Both the position numbers and the translations under genes were made by a program. This document shows positions 26,050 to 40,326 of a stretch of 64,000 bases of DNA, one piece after another; the first letter of the stretch is position 1, and every line of letters starts with the position of its first letter. Under the pieces are notes generated by a model that made no database searches, was not told the DNA's origin, and saw only the letters and a program-made list of their open reading frames with translations. The stretch is from Antedon mediterranea (lineage: Eukaryota > Animalia > Echinodermata), in NCBI RefSeq assembly GCF_964355755.1, contig NC_092672.1, positions 16,182,001-16,246,000 on the forward strand. Reading direction: 5' to 3'.

Positions 26050-26953
26050 CCGTATTTTCCGGAGTATAGGTCGACCCCAAGTATAAGTAGACCCCCAACT
26101 TTGCCCTAGAATATTGTTGATTTTGGAAGTCGATCCTCAAAATCAGCTAATAACACAACTTACTTTGAAGTTCAAAGAGGGCTAGAAATGTATGAAATTT
26201 GGTTGTTTGTTTATATTATTAAAGTGTAATCAATAATATTTATAAGACAATCTATTATCTATTATTATTATTATGTAAACCACAACTACTTCTGTATCGT
26301 TACTTGCCATCAGCAATGTTTTTTCGCGTCACTCGAATAAATTAAAACGAGTTTTCCGTTAGAAGGCTTATTAAATTGTACAGGCGAGTAGTTGTAAATC
26401 GCGTTAGCTGTAAATGTACACGCGCCCGGCTAAGGAGAGTTTATTTTATGAATAGACATGCGCAGTAATTGTAATTACGAACAAACAAACAAACAGCGCA
26501 TGTGTATAGATGAAAATATCGCGCAATAACAAACATGCTGCATGGACATTCCGACGTTGTGTAGTTTGTTTGTGGTGGTGTGTGTTATGATGTTTTGGCG
26601 AGTGAATATTAAGAAGCATATAAAACACAAACGAAAACTATTTATTCTTAATTATCTTATAAGCGTTAAATATTAACATCAAAGTGAGTCTTTGTGATAT
26701 ATTATTATTTTATTGACCCGTACTTGTTGGAGTTGTATTATTTTGTACAATGTAGGTATTAAATTGAAAACTGAAATTGAGTGATTGATGATAGGCCACT
26801 GACCTTGCTAGGCCTTGACAGCTGACAGCTTTTGAACAAATTTTTTCGGCCTGATTTTTTTCAAAAATCGCATGGTCGGAGTATAAGTCGACCCCCCGAT
26901 ATTGCAATTAAAATTTTCCCACAAAGTCTTGACCTATACTCTGGAAAATATGG
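26050..26953. mobile_element. pogo/Tigger-like (Tc1/mariner) MITE
   Basis: TA|ccgtattttccggagtataggtc ... gacctatactctggaaaatatgg|TA. Confidence 0.85.
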
Positions 26954-27360
26954 TACGCATGTTACGTGTACGTATGCTACGCGTAGTCTACGAAGTGATA
27001 GTAAAGGGGAAATCCAATGTTCAGATTATTGTGTACTGTGCTGCTTGCACCACACATGGAATTAGTTAACGAATTTTAATACATACTAGTTTTCATCAAT
27101 GCGAGTACTAAATACAGTACTCTGAAGTAATAATAAATCTATTAATATATTAGTATTAATTACTGTGTGTTGTGTTAAAATGGGACATTTATTTTTATTA
27201 AAGAAGAACAAGTGTACATCTATCGGCTAACGTACAGTACGTTAAGGACGTCGGTCGTTGTCTGTTGTCTGTAATAGCCTCCGACTATGCCTAGCTAGCT
27301 AGAAGGTAGGTTTACCTACCGACAATTTAATTTTAAAATAAGTGGTACGCCTAGCTAGTA

Positions 27361-27888
27361 CAGTAGAACCTTCATTTTACGTACGGTACAGGACCGAAAG
27401 GCGTACTTAAAACACAGGATTCATAAAATCAAGGTTGACCTTAAATTGACCCCAAATACGTAGAGATCGTAGCTACTGTATAAAAGGCTACCGTAATTGC
27501 CTACTTTACTGTACAGCATGCAGGTGGTCACTAGCTAGGCATTGCCTAGACTATTTAAGCCAGGCTAGCAGGCCTAGCAAGATGTGAGGCCAAACTAAAA
27601 AAGTACAGTATATTCAGGCTGTGCGATGTTTAAATAAAGTGTAAATTAAAATATCAATGTTCTTGTATTTCTATCAATAAAAAACAGTTGCTGCTGTAGG
27701 GGAATGCACGTGAGTAGCTTGTCTCACACAGCAGAATTCGAATCCTCTCACACAGCCATTTTTATTATGCCTTGTTGTTGTTAAATTGCGCCCTCAATGT
27801 AAGAAAATGATGACGTCAGCAGTTATTTGAAGCGTACGTTAAATCCAGCAAATGTAAAATCAGGGTACGTAAAACGAAGGTTCTACTG
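27361..27888. mobile_element. pogo/Tigger-like MITE
   Basis: TA|cagtagaaccttcattttacgtac ... gtacgtaaaacgaaggttctactg|TA. Confidence 0.85.
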
Positions 27889-28376
27889 TACTTATAGGCC
27901 TATTTAGTAGTAGTACTGTATGATAATCCATACTGTGTACAAGCGTTAAATACAATGTACAATGTGAAATGATGTCACTTTGTGAATATTATATCCCCAA
28001 ATGGTATAGATGACAGAAGGGTATTTCCTCGATACAACAGTTTTCGCCGTGGTGTAGAGCTGCTGTTTACCCATGTGCGTGTATTGCGCAGTACTACTCT
28101 ACTGAAATATATTTGTTTACTAGGCTATATAATGAACAATGTTTCGTTTTAAAATGGCGTTTAAATGAAATATTACACTTACGGTATTTAGTACTATGGG
28201 ATAATATGGACTATCTAATTAATTTAAATTATCGCACATGACAAAAACAACAAGATCAGGCCAGCACATGTTATGTGACCTCCGATCATCCTCTTTGCTG
28301 ATGACGATGTTCTAAACGACCAGAGACAACTTGACCCTCCACTGATCCTTTGCTGCAGGTTGTTACAATAGCTAAT

Positions 28377-28880
28377 AGAGAGGTTTCGCAACCTTACGAA
28401 TACGATAACGAAAACGGATACGTCACACATTTGTGAAACTTTTGAGCTGATCCCCATTTCATATTCGTAAAGCGTATTCGTGTTGACGAAAATGACCAGT
28501 CATATTTGTAACTACAAAACGAATATATAGTTTTTGATCTATTTTGCACATTTTGCATTTGAATCAGGAATGATTCATGATTATAATATAATTATAGATT
28601 TATTAAAAGTAATTTACTAAAGAAATTTACTAAAATGCCAGGTCAACTTTGATAATAGCAGTTTAGTCCTCACTCGCTTTGATGTTACGCTAGGCCTAGG
28701 CAGCCAAGCACCAAGCAACACGTACCTGCCGCTTCGCTTAAATTTACTGCAGTCATATTTTGGACGGCGAAATATTTTATTGCCATGCGAAACAAATTTT
28801 TCCTGGCTTACGAAAAACGAATACGTGTGCGTGACGTATCCATTTTCGTTATCGAATTCGTAAGATTGCGAAACCTCCCT
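28377..28880. mobile_element. Harbinger-like MITE
   Basis: ~50-bp TIRs agagaggtttcgcaaccttacgaatacgataacgaaaacggatacgtcac and inverse. The TSD is not clean. Confidence 0.7.
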
Positions 28881-29024
28881 GGAGTTTGATGTACAGATAC
28901 GACAGTTTCAAGCCTGGATAATTTTTGTTTAAATGAAACATACTGACGTACTGTATAAATTAATTATAAATTAACTTGTAATTTTAGGCCTACATATTAC
29001 TAAGAAATACGGTGAAATGTTGTT

Positions 29025-29127
29025 AAAATAGTGGGCAAGTAAAAAATGACGAGGGCAACCAAAATCCAGAACCTACTTGCCAGAAGGGCAACCAAAAATT
29101 GTAGGATTTTGTATTCTGCAAGGCCTG
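29025..29127 (-). mobile_element. hAT-type terminus, same family as 17505-17602
   Basis: Near-identical aaaatagtggg..aaaaaatga..agggcaaccaaaatc..aacctacttgcc block. Confidence 0.6.
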
Positions 29128-30191
29128 ACCCACCTTATAAGTCAATCTATAATAATATTACTACTCTAATAGGACATATGACCGGTTGGGCCGCCGGTAA
29201 TTTCTATGAAACGCCCAGTGCGTCTTTTACGACATTTCGCGTAGTGATTAGAGTGTTTGTCCTACTACATAAGTTCATGGTCTTTAGGTTTATTGTGTCA
29301 TGAAAATAAATAATATATAATTACATACTACAATTTTGCTGGCTTGAACCGCCATAACAACACAGCAAAGGAAAGTAGTCATATTTAATAAATTACCGGT
29401 AATTGTTTTTAATCTTTCAAGGTAAAAATGCAGTGCACTCCATAATATTTTTCTCGCGTGTAGGCCTACCACGTAAAATCATGTTGTCTCTCAGGAGGAC
29501 TAATAGAGTATCTTCGAATGAGGTTAAATAATTATTATTTTTTATCTACTATCTTTTAATATTATATTTTACTGAATTTTACAATGTTAATACACAAAAT
29601 ATTTTACTAAAAAACGGTGATTTTATGTAATTATTTTACCGAAAAATGGAGTAGGCCTAGTTCATTCAACTGCCGCCTGGGGGGGCAACATGTTTACGTC
29701 ATTTTCGGCTAAAAATGATAATTTTCGGTGAAGGTTTAGGCCTTGTATTTTGGAATCTACAAGTCAGATTTTCATAATTATTATTTATTTAATTGTAATA
29801 TTTAATAATATATACTAAAAACCGTGATATTTAAACTTTTGAATATACATCGTTATCCCTAATATTAAATAAAAATAAAAACGAGCACCGACGAAAGTTA
29901 GAATTTGGCTTTTCATAGAAAATAACGTTTTTCTGGCGGCGGCTCAACTTGGCCTAATCCCTCTAATAGTAACCCATGGCCGTATTTTGAAAATAAGGAG
30001 ATAATGCATGATGATCTCAGGAGTGGGGAAGGATTGAGTGTTTTTAAGTTTATAAAATAAAGTTAGAGTTCAACCAAATTTGTTTATTCCTACTGTTTTA
30101 TTAGTTTGCGATGTGTTGCTGACCGGAAAAGTTGGAGGTGGGTTACTATTTTCAGGTGCCTAATTTAAGATTAGTAAACCACTACTCTAAT

Positions 30192-31278
30192 ACCCCTTTT
30201 ACACTATCACCGTAACAGCGGTGTAACCCCGCAGTTGTTAGTACACCGGGCCGTTAAACGCCGGTGTTGTGGTTTTTTATTGACTGGTGTAAATGGGAAA
30301 ATCCACCTACCCCAGTGTGCTCTCCCCAGGGTGAAACGAAGCTGAATGTTTTCTGGTGTATCTACACCGGAGACAATAAGTGTAAACGGTTTTTGTGGTT
30401 CAACACCGAGCTGTTTAAGGTCATTGATGTGAAAATGTAACATGTTGTCACAGGAATACAATATATTATGCAAACAAAATAGATTTTTTCCTTAAAATCT
30501 CTTTTTTTTGCTTAAAATAATAATTGTACGATATGTTGTGCTGTTCGTTATTTTCTTTTAAGGGCACAAAAACATTTGTGATTTTTCTTTTCTGCTAAAA
30601 ATATTGAAATTGTTCGTGTGCATGCTACCTTTACAGCAAGCCTAAAATAATGTAATATTGGTGTAACTCTACCCTGGCTAATTCTATGTAGGCCTAATTA
30701 TTGAAAAAGGAAAAAAATATCTACAATACTGACGTCTCAATTAATGAAAATGATATCTTTTTTTAGGAACGGAAAAAGTACCATACAATAATTTTCCTTC
30801 ATTGATACATTGTTATGCTAATAAAAATACATTTTTTCTTTTAAATACCTACCCTATTTTTACGCCAACCTAACAATTTAAGGCCTATTTAATGTATGTA
30901 CAGTCTACAAGGCGGAAATGCAGTCATTTTAAGAAAAAAAAAACTTGTTAATGTTTAAAATAATAAATGATAGGCCTAATCTTAATAGCCACAAAGAAAA
31001 TTTAACACTGGACTACATTCAAAATTAAATAAATTGTGTGTAAATTCGGATTATTATGTTTAGATATCAGATTTGTCGATATGTTCCAGTGTTTAAACGT
31101 TTAAACCATAGTCAGTGTGCACTCGCAATAGTGATTTTGATTGACAGCTTCGGTGTGATCGATGTAGTGTAAATGGGCGCAACTCGAGTTCATCTCGCAG
31201 TTTTTTTGGCTAGTGTTAATGAAAATTGCCTCCGAGTTCAACTCGTGTTCCTCTCCCAGTCGATAGTGTAAAAAGGGT
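30192..31278. mobile_element. Harbinger-like MITE
   Basis: TIR accccttttacactatc ... gatagtgtaaaaagggt, with internal acacc/ggtgt motifs. Confidence 0.65.
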
Positions 31279-31305
31279 ATATTTGTAACCCACCCTAAAA
31301 AAAAA

Positions 31306-34300
31306 CGCTGTGGCTAAAGATACGGTACCGTATCCTAACTTCCGTTTGCTAAGGTACGGTAAAATTGTATTACGTCATAATCAGCCAATGGGGTGCTGGT
31401 ACGTGTGTGACGTCATCGTATAAGGACTTTGGATTTTTTTTCATATCGCGAAAACAGTGATCAACCGGCGGCTTAACATTTTCTTTATGCTTCATTTATC
31501 GCTATTATCCCCGCCGTGTGACAAAAACTAAATGTAGCCTAGGCCTACGTCTGTTATTATTGATAGGCCAAAACATGTTGATTTTAATTCTAGAATACAG
31601 AAATTGACCGTTTCAAAAGAGGCCTACTACGTGCTATAACCATGCTATATCCTCGGTATATGAGTTTGTTTGCAAGGCTGGGGCCAGCTGCATGTGTGTG
31701 CGCCTGGGGCTAGGCCTACTGTCTAAATCATAGTATTTGAGGGCCCCTTTATTGTCCGCATTTGCTTTTTGTTTATGGTCACCATCTGTAATCAAAGTTT
31801 ATTAAAAAATATAGGCCTATTAGGCAGGGCTGCAAATTAAGGGGTATTTGGTCGCATTTGCGACCTAATTTTTCAGTTTGCGACTAAAGAAACAGAATAG
31901 GTCGCGCATAGCGCGACAAGATCGTCTGCTTGTGCGAGTTGTTTCAAATTGAAGTCGGGTGTGTTTTCCCTATTTCAAACACTGTGTAATTTAATCTCTC
32001 TACTACGGAAGGCTCAGGAGTTTCCACTAGTCACCGCCGCAGGTTCATTCAAGCGTACAAAGCCCTTAAACATTTTACACTCGTTGTGATTGGAAGTTCG
32101 TCCATTTATTGCATGCTGCCTTACCCAATCACACAAAAGGACACCAAACACACAGCAAAGTGTGACGCGCGGACGACACAAACCTCGTGGAAAATCACCT
32201 CCGTTTTAAAGAAGAATATAAAATCAATTGTACCGCCGTACACAGAAGTTAGCCAGGGCGGGCGCGGTAGATACAAAGGATTAACGCCGCGCAGTCATCA
32301 GCATTTTTTAGGCAGTATAAATGGTTATATCATGATTAATAAATAATGTAATTAATGATATATATATAATAATATCTATTCATAATATAGATTAAACAGC
32401 AGTATTGTTTATCAGTAGATTTAAATACTTTATTCCAGATTCTGATTATCGAAAATTATATATCAGAGAAAATACCGCAACTTTTCCTACGAAGTAGCTT
32501 CGTAGATAAAACAGGCTACGTTTTTGGCTTAACCTCAATAAACAACCTCACGATGTTCTTAGTAAGTAACAAGGTGCGAAAATTATTATTTAATGTGTTA
32601 TTTTTGACTGGCGGAGGAGGACCAATTTGTACATTACTAAGAAATATATAATATAATAGTTTTTATTCGTAAATGTTTCATCCGTGTGTGTTTTTTTACT
32701 CTCAACGGCGAATAAAAATTTCCCACAATGTAAACGTAGAGACACGATCCAACACAATGAACTATGCCAACTAATAAAAATAATATAGCGAACGTCCAGT
32801 CGATCCAGAAAGATGCAAACAAAAAGATCGTAAACAATTCATTCTAAATATAGTATCAGAACGTTCAATCGGTCGCTCAAAAAGACTGCCGACAGAAGAC
32901 CGTAATTAATACAGACCTAGTTTTTTGGTCACAAGTCATGAAACGCGATACTCTGTTTTACCACTGCAAACCTCTCGCATGTTTTTTTTACTCGGTACGA
33001 GGGGGATGGCTACAAAACAGTGTACCTGAATTTTGCGTCACATGAAACGTAATACAGCTCTAAACTGTTCCCACGGTTCGCACGTTTTTCCCCTCCAAAT
33101 TCTGGTCGGGTCTTTTGTCGTAATAATAATTTACAAAGGCCTATGTTAAATCTTAACATGGAATATATATTTATTTTGCATATATTTTGTTGGTGTCCTA
33201 GCCAAGGTGTTGTTGTTTTTATAATTCGCTAAACCAAGGTAGGATTGAATCATGTAGGCCGCCGAAACTCTCTCTGCGTGAGCTGAGGGCCTCGGGCCCG
33301 ATTTCGTCTCGTCGGCGGATGTCCTGCCAAATTAGGACAACCGATGTGTAGGGCGGCTACAAAAATTAACGTCTAGGATTTTAATTAGCCAACAATACAT
33401 GTTTGTTTCCATTGTTTATGCTCCTAACTAAAGGCGATGACATTGGTGTTTAGAAATTACTAACCCTACGAACCACGGCCCTACGATCGACGCGTAGATA
33501 TTATCATAAAATCGTAGGCATGGCAACGAACAATACTTTGGAAATTACAGGATATGTTTAGCGAACAATGACCTACGATCTATTTACGCGTAGGCTACGA
33601 AAGGTTACGCGTATATACAAAGCAGTAATTTCTTTCTGTACCGTAAAAATAATAGATCTTGCGTGAATATAAGTGGCGCATCAGGACCAGTGCCTAAATG
33701 TGCATAACCCAAATTAATTGAATTCTTCAGTGCTGAATTTTTATGTGCTCAGAAATCGATTGAAACAACCTATAATTATTCAAAAATCCCCCCCCCCCCA
33801 AAGCGGGGCCATTGGCGGCCCCCTGACCCCCAGCCTAAGGTTGTACTGTATTTCATTTTTATACACCCCCCCCCCCCACTAAACTAAAAGGGGAAGGGGG
33901 CTAGTTGTCGATGAAAAGGTGCTACTAAAAAAATTGGTGGTGCTACCAAAAATTATTATGAGCCATCATACAAATTTGATAGTGCTACCAAGTAAAAAAG
34001 TTAATTTGCAGCCCTGTTAGGCCATTAAAATAAAATAAAACCCTCATATAGTAACTATGGTATGGATGAATGACTATACGCAACACAATTTCCAACATTT
34101 AATTATAATTCCTTTACTTCTAATTTGGCTATCAACATATTTCTACTGTAGTGTATAATGTTGTATAATGAAATAATATTTGAGATTGAGTGCCTGTTTA
34201 AAACGCTTTATGTAACCTCCACCAACCACATGATCTTGCTACAGTACAGCATGGACGTTGTCGCCCGGCCGTTATTACATTGCTAGGTCACACAGAATCA

Positions 34301-34502
34301 TCAGCGCACACATCCATGCAGCCTAGCGCCGCCGATAGGCATGCTCTTCAGAAGACGCGATGTGAAAACAAAATTCAAAGTCCTTACACGATGACGTCAA
34401 ACACGTACCAGCACCCCATTGGCTGATTATGACGTAATGCAATTTTACCGTACCTTTAGTAAACGGAAGTTAGGATACGGTACCGTATCTTTAGCCACGG
34501 CG
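31306..34502. mobile_element. Non-autonomous TIR element (CGCYGTGG ends, ~140-bp TIRs, A-tract target; Mutator-like by TSD length)
   Basis: cgctgtggctaaagatacggtaccgtatcctaacttccg... is mirrored at 34365-34502. Flanks are A9 and A8T. Confidence 0.8.
31825..34016. mobile_element. hAT-like non-autonomous element with a 5-bp TSD (hAT5-type)
   Basis: ttagg|cagggctgcaaattaa ... ttaatttgcagccctg|ttagg, with subterminal gcgac/gctac motifs. Confidence 0.75.
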
Positions 34503-36366
34503 AAAAAAAATCGCCGTGGTTAGGATTCCGGCACCGGAACTCAACTGCCCAGCGTTAGGGAATCCGACACGCTATTGCGCATGCCCAGAGCGAGGTAATC
34601 GGCGACTCTATACTTATCAACAGCGATGGATCATTTCATAGCTGCGCCACACAGCGAACTAGCCTATAGATGCCTACTAATACTAGGTATCCCAATGAAA
34701 GCGCACAGAGGGGTATCACTTTTGAAATATTGACGAAATTCGAAAAAGTAGTATGACTTTGATGTTAAATAAATCGTATTCAATCTTAATTAATACTTAC
34801 AAAATTTATATTGTTTGAAAGTACTTGTTTTAATCTATGTATAAGTGTGTTTATAATTAAAATTAATGAATTAGTTGCCGAGAAAATGCGATTTTAAAAC
34901 GGTTCTAAAATCCCGTCGAGCCGATTTCCGCGCGTTGAAAACCTCATCGGAAAATCCCCATCAGTTTTCAAAACACGATCGCACGATTACCATTGGAGCT
35001 AGCGGATTAATTTTTGTTGTATGTTATCAGGCTTTAAATAAGCTTTAATTTGATACGAAAATCGTCTTCTATAAATAGGTTTTTCGTAACGAAAAGTCAA
35101 TTTTTGTGACAAAAATCCAATTTTGATTCACCGTTTATGGAAAAATATTATGGATTTTGGTATTAAATTATAGCTAAATCTACATTGAAATCGATAAAAC
35201 ATAGTTTACAAACGTATTGTGCATGGTAATTGTGCGAACTACATTTTAAAATGGTGCATGAGGCGTAAATCCCGTTCAAAATTTTAAAGATCCAACCATT
35301 ATAATCCGGTGAATATTGTAGTGAGTAAAATATTGTACTCTAAAATACGCGCGTGTTTGTTGTGGCGTTTTCCGTTAAATACATTAATGCACCCTATCAG
35401 CGAATGGTACGTTCCATATTTTGAACACGTTGTTTAGTTTTCCTCGCTCGAGTTCGACCAGCTCGACGCGAGATGTGTGACAGCAGCGATGTCGGAGATT
35501 GACATGTCCTTTTCCGTCGTAGAATATCTGGTTTTACACATTAATTTAACAACTTAAAATTGATGTAATGTGCGGAAGATTTATTATGCAAGTATACAAT
35601 GCAAATGCGTTAGGTTAAAATGTACCGAAGAAATTTATTAAGCTAATTTACCAACGTTACATTTGACTCTGTATACGGCGGTCGAAAGTCATTAACTGCG
35701 ACCGAAATACTTTAACGGGAGCGACTACTGATCGCGAGTAAGCCGTGACTTGGCCTAAACTTTAGCTCCGTATTTCAATTTAATAACGTAATAATACGAA
35801 AAGAAAACAATTTTTATAATGTTATATATACTATTCAGGTAAACAATTAATTGTTTTAATTAACATTGATTATTTTAAATGAGTTTATTTTGACCCATAT
35901 TGTGCGTTTGCCTTAAAAGAGCATATCTTACTTAGCAGCCCGGCTTAGATTTGGTGTCATAATCATACGGGCCTAAAATCTTGTTTTACGTATCAGACCT
36001 TGATTTATAAATATAAGAGGAGAGCTCCTAATGGCTCTCCTCAATATGTTGAGGAGAGCCATTATTTTGATTAAGTATTCGAGGCACAGGCCCACCATGG
36101 TTGGGCCTGTGGCGATCCGAATTTTGATAAATGACACCTCTAGATGGCCGGAAATGGTACTCTCGCACGTAAAATTCATCGTAGGTCATTGTTCTCTGAA
36201 CGTAGTCTACGATGTATTGTTATGATATTAAATTATCTACGCGTCGATCGTAGGGTGGTTCGTAGGGTTAGTAAACACCATTGTCATCGCCTTTAGGGAG
36301 CGTGCCCAAATGTTTTTACTCCGTTAAACTTGTTGTAACGCAAATTTTACCGTAATATGCAAGCTA

Positions 36367-37958
36367 ATTAGTTATCCGCACTCAGCGGATAACTCCTTGT
36401 AACTGTCCTGTTTCATCATCTTTTTTTTTTTTCTGTATTATTCTTTCTTTCTGTCATTTTTGTGCAGAGCATATCTCAAAAACGTGTAAAATTAACATTT
36501 CATAACTTTGTCAACATATGGGTATTCACCTGAAGTTGTGCTTTTCTATTTCTGAATGACGTCAGAATTGCACAACATGACTTACGCGCGTTTTAACGAA
36601 TTTCGCGTATTTAACATACATCGAAAACCATATAACAATTTAAATTGAAACTTAACAAAAGTTTTAGTTATATCTTGCGCTAACTGACTTTGTAAAAAAA
36701 ATGGCATGTTTTACACGAAGTTACGCGCGCACGCGCGTTTAAAATTTCAAAACGCGAAAAATCAATTTCTAATCCACTTTCTACGCGTTTCATGTCATTT
36801 TGAGCAGGTAAAAAATTCCCACGCGTGCGCATTTTTTTACGCGCGCCGTGCGCACGTAGCGTTGAAAACAATTTTTTTCACGTGATTTATGTTTTTCCAG
36901 CCTTTTTTAGTAATTTTACCAACTTTTAAACGATTTAGACTTAAAATTACGTCATACGGGCACGTCGAATTGGATAATTTACGTGGGTTTTTGATGAAAA
37001 AGGTAAAAAATTCGTTAAAATTTGTCAAAATTATGCCTTTTTTTAAACAGTCGTAATTTCTAAACTGGACGGTCAACTTTTTGTGGATGACATATTCTTG
37101 AAGTTGATGAGGTGTAGATATCGGATCATGTAATAATATGGCTAACCGGACATTGTGACGTCATCGTATGGCCACGCGAATATAAAATATAGGATTTTTG
37201 TATCTTTCATCATAGCGCATGACATTTAATAGAGCGCATCTCCAATTATCTGTTTTTCATTTTTACCCCGATTTTTATATTATCTAGGTCAATCAACTAT
37301 CTTTCGTATGAGTTAAAAATATTTTAATTTTTATGACGTCATCATGTCTAAAAATGTAAATAACGTGGGTCACTTATTTTCGTCTTTACAGTAAATTTCA
37401 ATCTGTTATAGCTCGTCAGAATAAAACGTGATAATCATGATTAAAACGTTTTCTGGAAGCTATTGGATTGTAGATACGAATTTATGTAAACATTTTGCCA
37501 ATCGGATGTTGTGACGTCATCATATGACCAGTTAAATAAAAAAAGTCGTATTTTCATCTTTTGCGTCATAATTCATCACATTTAAAAGAGCGCGCATCAA
37601 TATTTTACGTATTTAAATTTCTTCTACACATTAATATGTTGTTGCCGAGATAATTTCCTTCCGAAATTGCTATCTTAGTATTTCATTTTGATACCGTCGC
37701 TATGTTAAAAATTGGAATAAATGGCGGGTCCAGTCATTTCACCTATTCTACACAGTATGTAATATGTATACAGATTATATTGTATATATAATATGACACA
37801 AAATAACAGAATTCAGCAATAACAACATATCATATTCTTCAGTTCAGGTCATATTGCCACAATCTTTTTCTGTGTGCAATATTCTAACGTATGACGTCTA
37901 CGTGGCCTTTGTCGTGCGGATAACTAACTCGTCAAAGTGACGAGTTACATGTCTAGTT
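36367..37958 (-). mobile_element. Helentron/HINE-like element, most complete copy
   Basis: On the minus strand, 5' aactaga..aactcgtcactttgacgagtt plus sub-TIR agttatccgc, and 3' hairpin agttatccgc-tgagt-gcggataact. Confidence 0.7.
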
Positions 37959-38649
37959 TAAATAGGGTTGGGCGTGTTCAGTGAGGCATATCAAGCCCTC
38001 CCTTTTACTAGCTACTATGCTGTTGTTATCACTCCATTGTTTAACGCGTAATTAACGGGAGACCGGACATGCTGTTCAGTGTTGCGTAACGATGATTCCA
38101 ACGCGTTATTAACAGTCCTTGTTATGGTATGTTGCGTGAAATCCTATGATGACTCAAAATAACGGGTTATTAGCAGTCCGGTCATTGTTGTTACAACGCG
38201 TTGGAACAACGTATATAATTATATTTATTAAAATAATCATGTATAATACTATATCCTAGGCCTACCGTAAAATAAATATATATATAGGCCTAGGCCTACA
38301 CGGTAAAATAAAAATATATAGGTCTAAGCATACTATTTACGATCCGATTCATGGTATTTTTTAGGCTGGTACGTCGGGCGACACGTGTCTAAATTTCTAA
38401 TAGCCGACTTTCACCTGAAAAAAATACGTATTTTTTATCCCTGGATGTAACATGATATTGACGCGAATACCGCACTACAGAGAGCTAGGCCATGAACGAT
38501 TCGTTAAAAGTACACCGCCAGACAATCGCGTAGCTATTGTTTAGATTACATACTATAAACAATTAATAACAAAGAAAGCCTAGAAAGATAAGCTCCTCCT
38601 CTCGTTAAAATTGTTAAATAATTTATTGTTATTTGTATATTACATAAAA

Positions 38650-39726
38650 CCTCAGTACTGTGGAATAATGCTACACTCTATATAGGCCTACTGTCATTCA
38701 ATACTATCGTCCGTTAGCTCGGCGTTTAACGGACACAAACACTCAGTAACCTGTGGAATAATGCTATACTCTGTATGCTGTCATCCAATACTATCGTCCG
38801 TTAGATCGGCGTTTAACGGACACAAAAACTCAGTAGATTGTGGAATGATGCTACTTTATTGTAATTCAATACTGTACTATCGTCCGTTAGATCGGCGTTT
38901 AACGGACACAAAAACTCAGTAACCTGTGGAATGATGCTATACTCTATATGCTGTCATTCAATACTATCGTCCGTTAGCTCGGCGTTTAACGGACACAAAA
39001 ACTCAGTAAATTGTGGAATGATGCTACTCTATTGTAATTCAATACTATCGTCCGCCGTTAGCTCGGCGTTTAACGGACACAAAAACTCAATACAGTATAC
39101 CATGGAGCTATAAAATTGTATAGCTCCATGAGTATACTGTGGAATGATGCTATACTCTATATGCTGTCGGCGTTTAACGGACACAAAAACTTAGTAAACT
39201 GTAGAATGATACTACACTCTATATAATAGGCCTACTGTCATTTAATACTATCGTCCGTAAACTCGGCATTTAACGGACTCAAAAACTCAGTAAAACTGTG
39301 GAATATGATGCTATATAATACTGTCATTCAATACTATCGTCCGTTAGCTCGGCGTTTAACGGACTCAAAAACCCAGTATACTGGGGAATGATGGTATACT
39401 CTATATGCAGCTGTCATTCAACACTATCGTCCGTAAACTCGGCGTTTAACGGACACAAAAACTCAGTAAATTGTGGAATGATGCTATACTCTATCTGTCA
39501 TTTATTACTATCGTCCGTTAGCTCGGCGTTTAACGGACACAAAAACTCAGTAATATAACCTGTGGAATGATGCTATACTCTATATTATGCTGTCATTTTA
39601 ATACTATCGTCCGTTAGCTCGGCGTTTAACGGACACAAAAACTCAGTAAACTCCGGGAATGATGGTTATTCGAATGATGCATCTATATACTGTCATCTAT
39701 CGTCCGTTAACTCGGCGTTTAACGGA
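38650..39726. repeat. Tandem minisatellite, ~12 units of ~85-100 bp
   Basis: Unit actcagtaa..tgtggaatgatgctatactcta..tgtcattcaatactatcgtccgttagctcggcgtttaacggacacaaaa. Confidence 0.9.
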
Positions 39727-39894
39727 ACAACGCACTGAATAGTAAATTCGCGCTTGGTTGAGAGCAAGTAGGGGAATTCCCTTTTTTGCGACGCCTCCCT
39801 ACTGCAAGAAGGCAATGGCACATTGTTTTTATATATTTATTTTATATATATACTGTTAGTGTTTTGCCTATTACACCATTTAGGCCTAAATAGA

Positions 39895-40326
39895 TACAAT
39901 AATTGTTAATGTACACAGTTTTTTTTTGTATTTTGTAATAAACATGACACCCTTGCAACAGCATCACGGAGGCTGCCAAAAACACCGTGGTGCGTGTGTA
40001 CATCGCATCGCGGTGATAAAAAACCATGTGCTTGCTAATAACGTGACGTCATATCGCCCAAAGTTTCATCCTCTGTTTTTGGACACACTCGAGGTCAGCG
40101 ATAGTTAAAGTAATAATTTATTTACGTAATACAATAATTGTTAATGTACACAGTTTTTTTAGTATTTTGTAATAAACATGACACCCTTGCAGCAGCATCA
40201 CGGAAGCTGGCCAAAAACACTGTGGTGCGTGTTGTACATCGCTTCGCGGTGATAAAAAACCATGTGCTTGCTAATAACGTGACGTCATATCGCCCAAAGT
40301 TTCCTCCTCTGTTTTTGGACACACTT
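39895..40326. repeat. ~200-bp direct duplication
   Basis: atacaataattgttaatgtacacag...ctgtttttggacacact occurs at ~39895-40089 and ~40129-40326. Confidence 0.85.

Noticed and set aside
27690-27760. tRNA or tRNA-derived SINE (aattcgaatcct B-box-like)
   Set aside because: No cloverleaf or A-box can be built, and it lies inside a pogo-like MITE
29135-30190. Crypton-like non-autonomous element
   Set aside because: Looks repeat-like, but I could not define termini or coding remnants
38650-39726. CRISPR array
   Set aside because: The linkers are homologous to one another rather than unique spacers, there are no cas genes, and the context is a eukaryotic TE
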